From the NCBI GenBank assembly GCA_030248215.1, contig JASANG010001128.1, positions 186,001 to 250,000 of the forward strand: 64,000 bases of DNA, given 5' to 3'. The position numbers and the translations under genes are program-made. How positions within the stretch are numbered: the stretch's first letter is position 1; every line of letters starts with the position of its first letter. This DNA comes from Enoplolaimus lenunculus. Taxonomy: Eukaryota. Positions 49,094-59,873 of this stretch are shown here, in pieces. The notes under the pieces were generated by a model that saw only the letters and a program-made list of their open reading frames with translations, did no database searches and was not told the origin of the DNA.

Positions 49094-51097
49094 CTAAAAA
49101 ATCACAAAATCATAGGGACACGGTAGTGTCACTATTATATGTTTCTTCCAAAAGTGTTCACGTCTCTCTTATGTTTCTATCAAAAGTCTATTATTTCTAC
49201 TATTCTGTTTTGGTGGTATTTATATACAAACGTATGTCATTCAAGATCGTGGCAACCGATGTTCATGCGCTATATTTAAAGAAAAAATTGTCGAAGTATT
49301 AAACGTAAACGTTTTCATAAGAATCGGAAGCGCAAAGTTTCGCCTTCGTATTTGGATTCAAATCTTGTCGCAAGGTGTTCTACAGAATCGTAGATTGTAA
49401 CAATGCAATTTTTTATGTGCTACATAAGTTATCTCAACCATATACGTTAAGCTATTTATTTAACGAAAATACTATTGTTTAGTACGTATATATGCGAAAC
49501 ATGTTAAGTGGACAATTACGAAAAACATTAGCTTATATATGATTACAAATTAGTAACATAGCTAGTTTTTATGTGTATTTTTTGCCAAGGCGCGTTTTTG
49601 AAAACGTAGACGTAACCTCAAGTTGTCGAAAACTGTGTATTTACGAGCTAGAACCTTATGGCTGCAAAGCTTTTCATTCAAAGTGGTAGTCCCTTAAAGT
49701 TTAACATTTTATTATATAAAACATACAAACCTTCTCCAAATTTGTGCAACGAATAACATTAGTAAAGCTTATATTTTGCGAATATGTGAATGATAGAGAC
49801 TCTTTATAAATTTGTGCGTGTTTTAATAATTTTTTCGGTCATCTCTTGAATCATTAGCCATGCAAATATGAAAATAGTACCGTTGAACTCGGCTCGTCGA
49901 GATCTGTGTGACGCCGTGGTGGATGCAGGAATTTCAAAAGGATCGGTCGCTTAACGTATAATACTGCAAAAAAGACGAGAGGGAAGTCGAACGCTAATTT
50001 AATGCTGAATCTTAATGCAAAACCTTTCTCTTGATTCAAGTTGTGGTGGTTCAGGCCGGAGTGGCACCCATTGCATTCGCCAGTGGTATGAGAGACACCT
50101 TTTTATTTAATTCGTAGTAGGTGCCTAGATTTTACATTCGCGTGGGTTTTTTCTAAACCTAGATTTACATTTAAGCTCAAAGTTTACGCGTAAAGTATAG
50201 ATATCAGTTTTGATTTACTGCTCGATGTATTATTGGTAGCACCAAGTTGAGCACTGAAATGTCCAAAACTCGGTTTAGAATATTTGAAGAAATTTTGACG
50301 TGCAAAATTAACACCATTAATTTAATAAGGTTCCCAAAGCAAGCAGTCTCTTTCAAAAACGTGACGCTCGAACACAGCGGGCTCTCATTATAGTATGAAC
50401 CGGCCAGGATTTTTCAGGCCCACGCTCGGCCGCCTTAGTTTTTCGTTTTCGAAAAGAAAACAAAAATAAGTTACAAAGCAAACCTTATAGTTGCGGATTC
50501 GCAGTTTTGACTGGGGATGGAATTGCATTATTAGAATTTCTTGTACAATTAAGAGGAAACGAACAAAAGTGTGTTTCAAGCAATTTTCCACGTCCGCATG
50601 TTGATGCAAATGCGTATTCAGCATGTTTCACGAAATATTTGTTGCAGCCATATTTTTAAATGCTGCGCATTCCAATTATATATTTAACGCAATTCATGTG
50701 TGCAATACAAAATTGAAAGTATCGGAATCAGTATTCTTCCAAAATACCGATAACAATACCGATACCGATGTATTGGTTCTACACTACTATGCAGCATAAA
50801 ATCAGTTTTCATTAGAGCAAGTACTTATCAATTGTAATGATTTTCTATTTGAATTCAAACAATTTATATGAATTAAAATATATTAGCATTATAAATTGAG
50901 CGAGTTACCTAATAAATAAAAATGAAATTACGAAAGCGCGTCTTTTGTGATTGTGAAAATGTAGTTTTTAATTTTCATGGAAATATAGCTTAACAGTTCT
51001 AAAACAATTATAACGTGAGTATATATGACTTTAAATTTGAATATTTTCGCACTTAAGGTAAATTTACATCAAATTTCTTCCTAAAGCTTAGTAACTA

Positions 51098-52213
51098 GAA
51101 TGAAAAGTGCCCCGATGTGGCCATAGAAAACGATATGTTTCGGGTAGTAAGATTTTTAGTTCAATACCGCTAGTATTACAATTTCCATGCATGCGTATAA
51201 AGTTATAAAACTAGATTAATTTGATGCCAATCAGCGTCCTCCCGAAACACGACACAACAATACTATAGAATTAATAAAAGTTAAATCATTGAGTTTGATT
51301 GACTGCGTAACGGAAACATATCCGCAACTTTTTCGGAGAAAAGTCGCTATAGATAGTAAAGTGTCCCGACGAGGCTATAGAAAACGATAACGCATCAAGT
51401 TTTGGAGCTGTATAAATTTTGTACCGTACAGTGCCCTCTCCATACTTGGCTAAACGGTACCCAGATTTTAAACTTTTAAAACATTAAAATATTTGAGTGA
51501 GTACGTAGCGAAACAATATTTGCAACGTTGCTGACGAAATCTGCGTTGTATTCCAATGACGGCCAGTGTAAAGATCAGGGGCGGAACGTTTTTCTGCGGG
51601 ACTAGAATAGAATAAGCTTAAGGTTTAGAATAATTTTTTGCTTGGCTTAGGCTTAGGATTATGCTCATTCTTACGCTTAGGTTTAGGCTTAGGAATATGC
51701 TCATGCTAACGCTTATGCTTAGGCTTAGGATTAGGAATATGCTTATAATACTGATCCGCTTCTGTTCTTTACATTGAGCCAATTGACGAACAAACACGTT
51801 TTTAATATTGGGTCACCAGCATTTTACGCTTAATTTCTACTTACATACCCTTTTTAAAACCCAAAATTTTTCTGCATATATTTGAAACTTCAGTTTTTCG
51901 TCATTTATATTCTAGTATATATTTCTTGTTTTAATATTTCGAAACAGTGGATCACATGTCTATTTGGCCGCTGTCAGAGAAAGTTGCGGATATGTTTCCG
52001 TTACGCAGTCAATCAAACTCAATGATTTAACTTTTATTAATTCTATAGTATTGTTGTGTCGTGTTTCGGGAGGACGCTGATTGGCATCAAATTAATCTAG
52101 CTTTAAAACTTTATACGCATGCATGGAAATTGTAATACTAGCGGTATTGAACTAAAAATCTTACTACCCGAAACATATCGTTTTCTATGGCCACATCGGG
52201 GCACTTTTCATTC
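51098..52213. mobile_element. Foldback DNA element with about 235-bp near-perfect TIRs flanked by TA; contains a nested TTAGGC MITE (51561-51780)
   Basis: Left arm GAATGAAAAGTGCCCCGATGTGGCC...TCCGCAACTTT (51098 to about 51331) is the reverse complement of about 51980-52213. TA lies at 51096-97 and 52214-15. Confidence 0.85.
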
Positions 52214-53545
52214 TATACAAATATGTTTCAAAATTTTAAATTCAAGAACTGCATTCCCAAATGTGTGTCACACCAATCACGAACTAGTAATTGGTTGTCA
52301 AAAGAAAGGTGATCGGTAAACCCTGGCAAATCCAACAAGGATCATTCCGAGACCAGGTTACCTAACAAGGATTAATACCGAAATGTTCCATTAAAATTTA
52401 GTGCTAAGTTGGCTACTTAATAAATTCTCGCTCGCTTCGATCGTGAGGCTTTCATTATAACAATCAGAGTGGGATGTGGGTAAGCATTTTTCACCCGACC
52501 CACACTTTACCCTCGCAAACAATAGTTTTCTAGCATCGGGTATACCCGCGCAAAAATGATCTACCCACGACCCACCTTAAACCCGCATCTGAAGTTACAT
52601 CAGTATTTTAATGATCGCAGGTGATTTGCACTTTAATAAAGTTTTGCGGTTTATAGCTTCAATGAATTTTGCGCATGAATGCGAACTAGAAACAACAAAA
52701 TTTCAAACCCAACTAAACAAAGCTCGGGCAGCACCTGATCCGAAACAAAACAAGCAATAGGGTAGGTTTTCCACCTTAAAACTTTAAAGTTTGCCACGGG
52801 TAAAAACAGTGAATTTTGTACCCGTGCGATAAAAATCTTTACCCGCGGGTATACCCGCACCTGAAATTCTTTAGTCGACCCGCGTTTACCCGCGAGTAAG
52901 CGCGGGTAATGTCCCACTCTGGTTATATTATAACGTGATCTTACCAATCAAAAATTTCTGAATGCCCTACTAGATTTTGAAAACAGAACACCTCAAATCA
53001 CACACAGTAACAGGGTATTTTAAATGCAAAAAATGGTCAAGCTGCTACCTGGTTTAAAACTTACTTAAACCATTGGGGCCCCACCCGTTCCCACTGGCGG
53101 ATGCAGAAGGGGGCGGAGATCGTACGCCCCCATGGGAAACTTTTTCGCGATAGAATGGTGTAAGAACCGCACCTTACAATTTTGTCCCTCAAAAATTTGG
53201 CACATATATAGCATACAGTAAACATTGTGTTTCACAACTTTTGCCAGCCTGCCTCCTGCCCTGAGGCTAACGTACCCATTTGAGGCGTTCTAAGATGTAA
53301 AAGACCGTTGACTAAACCGCGGGATCCGGCGGAAATGACTTCGTTCATTTCGGTTAGCTGCAAAATTAGATTCTTAAACAGAACATTGCCTGGGTTTCTG
53401 AAACCTTACTTAAGTATTTACTTAAGTTTATTATACTTAAGTAATTACTTAAGTCGCCGACTTAAGTAAATACTTAACATTTTAACAAAAATGAATAAAC
53501 ACCAAAGGTGAGCCATGGTCATGACAAGAAAATAATAGTTTTGTT

Positions 53546-53589
53546 GGCCCATGTATAGAACAGGGCCAGAAGTGTTCTATACATTAGCT
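53546..53589 (+). mobile_element. 44-bp minimal GGCC-terminal element (TIRs only) inserted in an ACTTAAGT-family MITE
   Basis: GGCCCATGTATAGAACAGGGCCAGAAGTGTTCTATACATTAGCT is flanked by a perfect GTTTTGTT duplication. Paralogous host copies near 48700 and 55015 show the empty site. Confidence 0.85.
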
Positions 53590-54106
53590 GTTTTGTTTTA
53601 TATAAAAGAGACGCCATCCATCTTTACTGCCAATAGACCAAGCTAAGCATACTTGAAGTGTTAAAATGTAATTTACAAAATTTCTTTAGCGACTTAAGTG
53701 TTTGCTTAACTTAAGTACGCTTTCAAAAACGACAAAATAGTTAAGTAACTACTTAGCACGTACTTAAGTATAGTACTTAATAAGGTTTCGGAAACCCAGA
53801 CGTTATGAACTAAATTAAAAATCAAAATTAACTGTAGTGTAAGCTGAACAGTTAACGCAGTTATTTAACAGATAACTGTATTTTTTAATGTTGTCAACAT
53901 AGACGTCAAGCTTTGGGTAAGAATTTAACAAAAATATTGTGTGATTGATTCTGTTTATCGCTCATTTCGCTCGCAATATTTTCTTTTCGCAATTCTACGT
54001 ATGGTTTAAGCCATAGTTACCTGGAAATGCATCGTATACCTATTTTTTCTGTAACAGACTTACCCTAAGCTTAAATTCTGTACTGAGTTGATGCATTAGT
54101 CATCTG

Positions 54107-54296
54107 GGCCCATGTTACTTTAAGGGGTGTCCAGGTTTCTGGTGAGTCCATAAAAGAGTAGGTTTAGATTCTAGATTACATTTTTTGCTTAGGTTTAGGT
54201 ATAGGCTTAGGAACTCGTTTTTGCAACGCTTAGGCATAGACTTAGGTTTAGGAGTACGATTAATCTACTGTTACGCCCTTTAAAGTAACATTGGCC
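54107..54296 (+). mobile_element. TTAGGC-bearing MITE subfamily B (complete)
   Basis: GGCCCATGTTACTTTAAGGGGTGT...ACGCCCTTTAAAGTAACATTGGCC; flanks GTCATCTG / GACATCTG (7/8). Confidence 0.88.
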
Positions 54297-54568
54297 GACA
54301 TCTGAATGCTAGAGAAATTCCAGTGTGAAGTATTGAAAACCAGTATTATTCAATATTCGGTTCCGAAATCAAATCCATTGTTTTTCAGCGCCCTGATTGG
54401 TTGCTGGGTACTTTTCATATCCCAACCTAAAGATTACCCACCATGAAGTCATGTATAAACCACTACAAAGACAAAGCTTTCGGGTTCTTGAAAGGGAGGG
54501 TCGACCAGTTTGTTGTTGCCCCCTAAAGACTATTTCAAAATAAATAATCATGAATAAACTAAACATAC

Positions 54569-55560
54569 CGTAACCCCAGTTGAACTTTCGTTGAAATTCG
54601 GATAGTATTGGGTCCATAGACTTTGAGTTGTCGTTTGAACCCGCGGACCGCGTCTACGGAAGGCTCGTTTTGACCGAAGCAATTGGCTGAAATCTGAGAA
54701 GTCAGCAGTTACGAGTTGCGGAACTGAAAATACAATAATAGTTGTTTGTGTTTCTGATAGAAGAATAAACAGCTCTATATAAGTAGCTTTCCGTGGCAAA
54801 TACTAGGCCTTACTCCAGGCAGCATTATACCTTTGATGACGTCCGACGTCGTCCGCCACAGCTCCACCGTCCACGTGTATTGCCACATGACACAGCATAT
54901 CAATTTGTATAACGGTACTTAATTACTTAAGTCGCCTTTAGTAAATACTTAACTTTTCGTAAAATAACAGATAAATCCCAAACGCGAGCTACTGTCATAA
55001 ACAAGAAACTAATAGTTTTGCTTTATATTGAGGAGGAACCAAAAGTCTTCAATTTAAATTTGACCAAGGTCAGTATGCCTGAATGGTAAATTTGTAATCT
55101 ATCAAACTTAGTCAACGACTTAAGTATTTACTTAACTTAAGTACGCTCATAAAAACGACAAAATGGTAACGTAATTACTTAACACGTACTTAAGTACTAA
55201 GTTGTACTTAATGTAAGGTTTTGGAATCCCGGCCACTATTTCAAAAGTAGTCCAAGTATTTCTTAAAAACACGGATGTCAGCCACATTTTAACATCCATC
55301 ATCCATTGACAATTAATTCTTGTGACCTGTTTGAACTGTATATCGGACATTCGGTATTTGTTGGTTTGTTTAGACTAAATATTCTATCAGAAGGGTGTCA
55401 CAAGTAATTCGAGCTTGGAATGTCATCTCATTATTCAAAATTGTGTGAATTTTTGCTGAGGGTCTGCCCTGTATACGAAATCAAACTAAAATAAAAATAT
55501 GACATTTATTAACTTACCAGCGTAGAGATAAATCAGAACGGTGACGGTAACCCAAGACAT
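54569..55560 (-). CDS. Two candidate 5' exons encoding a signal peptide and a furin-like site; probably the N-terminus of the 42303-49093 gene, or a separate secreted protein
   Basis: Exon 55560-55518 (ATG, MSWVTVTVLIYLYA, donor GTAAGT) joins in phase to exon 54723-54569 (acceptor TTTTCAG; VPQLVTADFSDFSQLLRSKRAFRRRGPRV...NESSTGVT; donor GTATGT). The other two frames of the second exon are closed. Confidence 0.55.
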
Positions 55561-55854
55561 AAAAATTGAAATGAACTAATGTTTAAAATTTATCTGACAA
55601 AAGTTTAATGTTGCTACAGCGAGTATCCAATCAAATTTGTGTACTGTAATGATCCGAATAAATAAGGGCAATGATATTTATTTGGCCTCTCAAGAGGGTA
55701 CCCCAATTGTTATTCAGTTACGGACTAATGTTTCTAAACCACCTTCCGACACCCTTCGCTACTGATATATGTTCGGTATTGCAACTATCCGTTGAATTAA
55801 ACGTTTATCTTGTATCAAAAACTTGAGCGATAATGCAAGGTTATACTTAGGAAT

Positions 55855-56942
55855 CATGGTGCAACCGGAGGTGAAATATAAAGGAACCGGAGGTCAACGA
55901 AACTTGCCGGAGCCGGAGGTGAGGCGAAATTAGGTAGTAAAAACGATGGTTAATTTGTTAATTTTAGCCAATATCTGCAATATTTTGTAAAGTAGTTTGG
56001 TTTTACGCTAATTTTCTGCGAAATTTCGGAAATTCTTTCCTAAAATTGTGATAAAAGTAAGCTAAAGCGCGTTAAACAGATAAATTTCGCAAAATTGTGC
56101 AAAATATTGCCACAATCTTCGGCAAAAAATTCTATCACAGCCGGAGGCCGACCACTGGTTGTAATCTGTTAGGAATGTACTTTCAAAACTTAAGTTCGCT
56201 TTAAATATTTGGTCAAGGAGTCATTTATGCAGTACAATCAGGGGTAATTGACATATATGAACTCTTATTAGCAGAATGCAACTGGAGGTGAAATATACCG
56301 AAGCCGGAGGTCAACGAAGCTTGCCGGAGCCGAAGGTGAGGCGAAATTAGGTAGTAAAAACGATGGTTAATTTGTTAATTTTAGCCAATATCTGCAATAT
56401 TTTGTAAAGTAGTTTGGTTTTACGCTAATTTTCTGCGAAATTTCGGAAATTCTTTCCTAAAATTGTGATAAAAGTAAGCTAAAGCGCGTTAAACAGATAA
56501 ATTTCGCAAAATTGTGCAAAATATTGCCACAATCTTCGGCAAAAAATTCTATCACAGCCGGAGGCCGACCACTGGTTGTAATCTGTTAGGAATGTACTTT
56601 CAAAACTTAAGTTCGCTTTAAATATTTGGTCAAGGAGTCATTTATGCAGTACAATCAGGGGTAATTGACATATATGAACTCTTATTAGCAGAATGCAACT
56701 GGAGGTGAAATATACCGAAGCCGGAGGTCAACGAAGCTTGCCGGAGCCGAAGGTGAGGCGAAATTAGGTAGTAAAAATGATAGTTATTTAGTTAATTTTA
56801 GCCAACATCTGCAATATATATGTTGATAAAGTTGTTTAATTTTACGCTAATTTTCTGCGAAATTTCGGATTCTTTCCTGAAAATAAAAATTCGGAGCCGG
56901 AGGCGGATTTTCTGCCGGAGCCGGACCTCCGGTTGTACCCTG
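55855..56942. mobile_element. CAGGGTGCAACCGGA-terminal element containing a 417-bp tandem duplication (about 2.4 units); shorter relatives at 27785-27867 and 62622-63024
   Basis: GCAAC(C/T)GGAGGTGAAATATA occurs at 55861, 56278 and 56695; right end CTCCGGTTGTACCCTG. Confidence 0.75.
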
Positions 56943-59873
56943 CTTGTCAGGGTTTAGGGCTCTATCCGCTACGGACTCTTTCTATTACAGATGCGGTCTC
57001 CTAGTGATTGGGACTGAAAATGTGGACCTCTCTTTTATTCATGTTACTACAGTAAGCATAAGCCTAAGCAAAAAATAGTCTAATGCTTAAGCTTTAATCT
57101 ATTGCAGTCCCATAGAAAAACGTTCCGGCCCTGAATAGTTATACGCTGTATAGCTGCACAACGAATATTTTTCAATTTTGAGTCAAAGCTTTTAACCGAC
57201 CTAAAGTTGAAAATTAATGCTGGTTTCAGCCACAGATGGAAAACGTAATTTCGAAGTCGTACCTACAATACTCAACTCAAATTGTTAAAACTATTTTGAC
57301 TACAACGCTGGAAACCTGTTTGCTTTCCATAGGAAAAATACTCTAAGTTCAACCATACACACTGACGGAATAAAATCATGGGGGGCTCACAAACTACTAA
57401 CTAAAGCTTAACTGTGGGAAGTGTGCAAGAGCGATATATTCTACATCATTTTCGAACTAATTTCAAGCCAGATACGAATCTCAGGCTGTTGAGAGGGAAA
57501 CGAATTACGTTTTCTTACCGTCACTCAGCTGTAGGAGTTCAGCGGTTGAGCCCTAAAAGGCCTTCATAATGCTGAAGGCTTTTTAAAAAATGTAGGTTAT
57601 GGTGCACGATTTTTAACACAAAACCGTTCGCAAAATTGCAATTACACACAAAATAAATTGTCCCGAAATTTCAAGACTCATACTTTCTTAAATTTTCAAG
57701 ATATAAGTGTCTTGTATTTCACACATTAATAGCCTTAAATAGCTCAGAAAATCGTTTCTTAAGTAAATGATTAAAACATAAAGGTCTTATATTCATGGAA
57801 TTGGCATTGCCCGGATGCAACCAGGATTTCGGTATTGTTAGAGAAATTCGGTACTTTTCACTATTTGGTTCAAGTAAAAATTCCGATATTTTTCCACCGG
57901 AATTTTCCGGTATTTTTGTTATTGAAAATTTTTCTCACTCGAAATTAAAGAAAATTGACAAATTATTATTCTAACTTTATTTTTCTAAAATTATCTGAAC
58001 GTGTATTGCCAAAATTTTCAATTTGTGTCATACTTTATAATTGATCATACGTTTCCAACTACTGCATTTTTTCTGATAAACAAATCGTACTCTACTTCAC
58101 CCAAAAAACATTGCACAATTATTTACTATTACAAAATCACAATTCAGAACTCACAAAAACTCAAGATTTACATTTCTATGCAAATCTAAACCAAGATTGT
58201 AAGTCTTGTAGATGGTCGGTAACATTAATTTCGCAATAAAACTGTATCTGTACACAATTTAAAACCAAAAGTCACGACTCCTACTTTCTTAAATTTTCAA
58301 GACATTAATGTCTTCTATTTCATACATTAATAGCCTAAAACAGTTCAGAAATTCATGTCTGAAATGGTTAAAAGAAAAATGTCTTATAATAAATAAATTA
58401 AATTGCTTCCTTTCAACAAACAGTTGTCTTTATATTAAAACTAATTTTCTAATTTTAATGCATGTTATTCTTGAGAGTATAAAAATAATCGAATGTCAAA
58501 GATATTTCGTGTTGAGCTTAAGCTTTCCCCAACCTAAGTTTACGTCTTTGACGGATCTTAGGTTGGAAAATTAGCGAATTTGGTTGACCTTAACCCCAAC
58601 TTTGAATGCGACTTCTCTGGCAAATCTTGTTTCTAATACATATATGTCTTAAATATCAGCAAATTAACTAATTAACTCTTTTATTTCAGACATATTTGTC
58701 TTAATACTTTTCACACACATTTGTCTTATATTTCAGAAATATTTGTCTTAATAGTTTATGAAACACACTCTTAAATTTAAGACATTTACGTGTTAAAAAT
58801 TTCAGACACAGATTCCTGAAAAATTTCAGAAACTAATGTCTTGCATTCAAGAGATGTCTGGAGTCCAGATTAAGACATAATTGTCTCGAATTTAAGAAAA
58901 TATTTCTTGAATATCAGAAATGTTTTTATGTGCCCTGTTCGCTAAACCGTATCTACTATTTCATACCCATTATTTTACTCAAACTTTCAAAACAATTATA
59001 CTGACCAATATATAGAACAAGACTGAACAGTAAGTAGTACCTATACGCATACTCCTAAAAGCCTAAGCATAACGATAAGTCTATAATGAAGCCTACACAA
59101 AAAACAGTCTAAAGCTTGATTATTCTATTACAGTCCCACGAAAACATAGACTGCCGCTGATCTATACATGGGCTTTGAATTTAGTAAATTTTTTACAATT
59201 TATTTTGTTCTTCAACGCCTTCCAGGCCCCTATATTTGCTCACATTTTTACATGCTGCTCAAGCCCTTTACTACGGGGGCAGCGATAGTCCCCTTTAATG
59301 AACAGCCTCGCCACCACTGGCCGAATACTGTTTAAGACTGCATTAAAAGAATTTAATGCTAAGAAGTCTGACAAACTTCCTTGAAAATGTTTTTGCAGCA
59401 CCACTAAAAATTCCTGGTGCACGGCATGGCTCCAAATAACTTAAATTCTGTCGACCTTCTAATTTAAATGTTTGCTAATTATTATTAATAAAAATTATTA
59501 TTACATTTTACAAAATATATAAATATATAAATAAAATAAAAAATAAAAACAAAAACATAAAAATGGAATGTTGTTATTAAAGGCTTAACTAATAAAAAAT
59601 ACTAAACCCAGTAAAAAATAAATAAAAGATCGTAGACATATATACACAACTGGTCGAGCCAAGCAAATGCAATGCTGACGCTTATAAATACCGAATAAAT
59701 GATAATTTGGCAAATGACAAATTTGAGTCCATACGGAAAACACACCGAAATTCAGCCATAATACGCTACAATTGTTTAAATACTTGCAAAATGTCTAAAC
59801 CTAATCTTACACAAAGTACAATCATGCCCATCCAATTACACACTGTACAGTAATTTGGCACCTTAAAACTTGT

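Noticed and set aside
52322..52361. Possible 40-nt minus-strand exon (VTWSRNDPCWICQ) linking 54569 to downstream exons
   Set aside because: The donor is weak and several incompatible phase solutions exist; it cannot be supported without transcripts.
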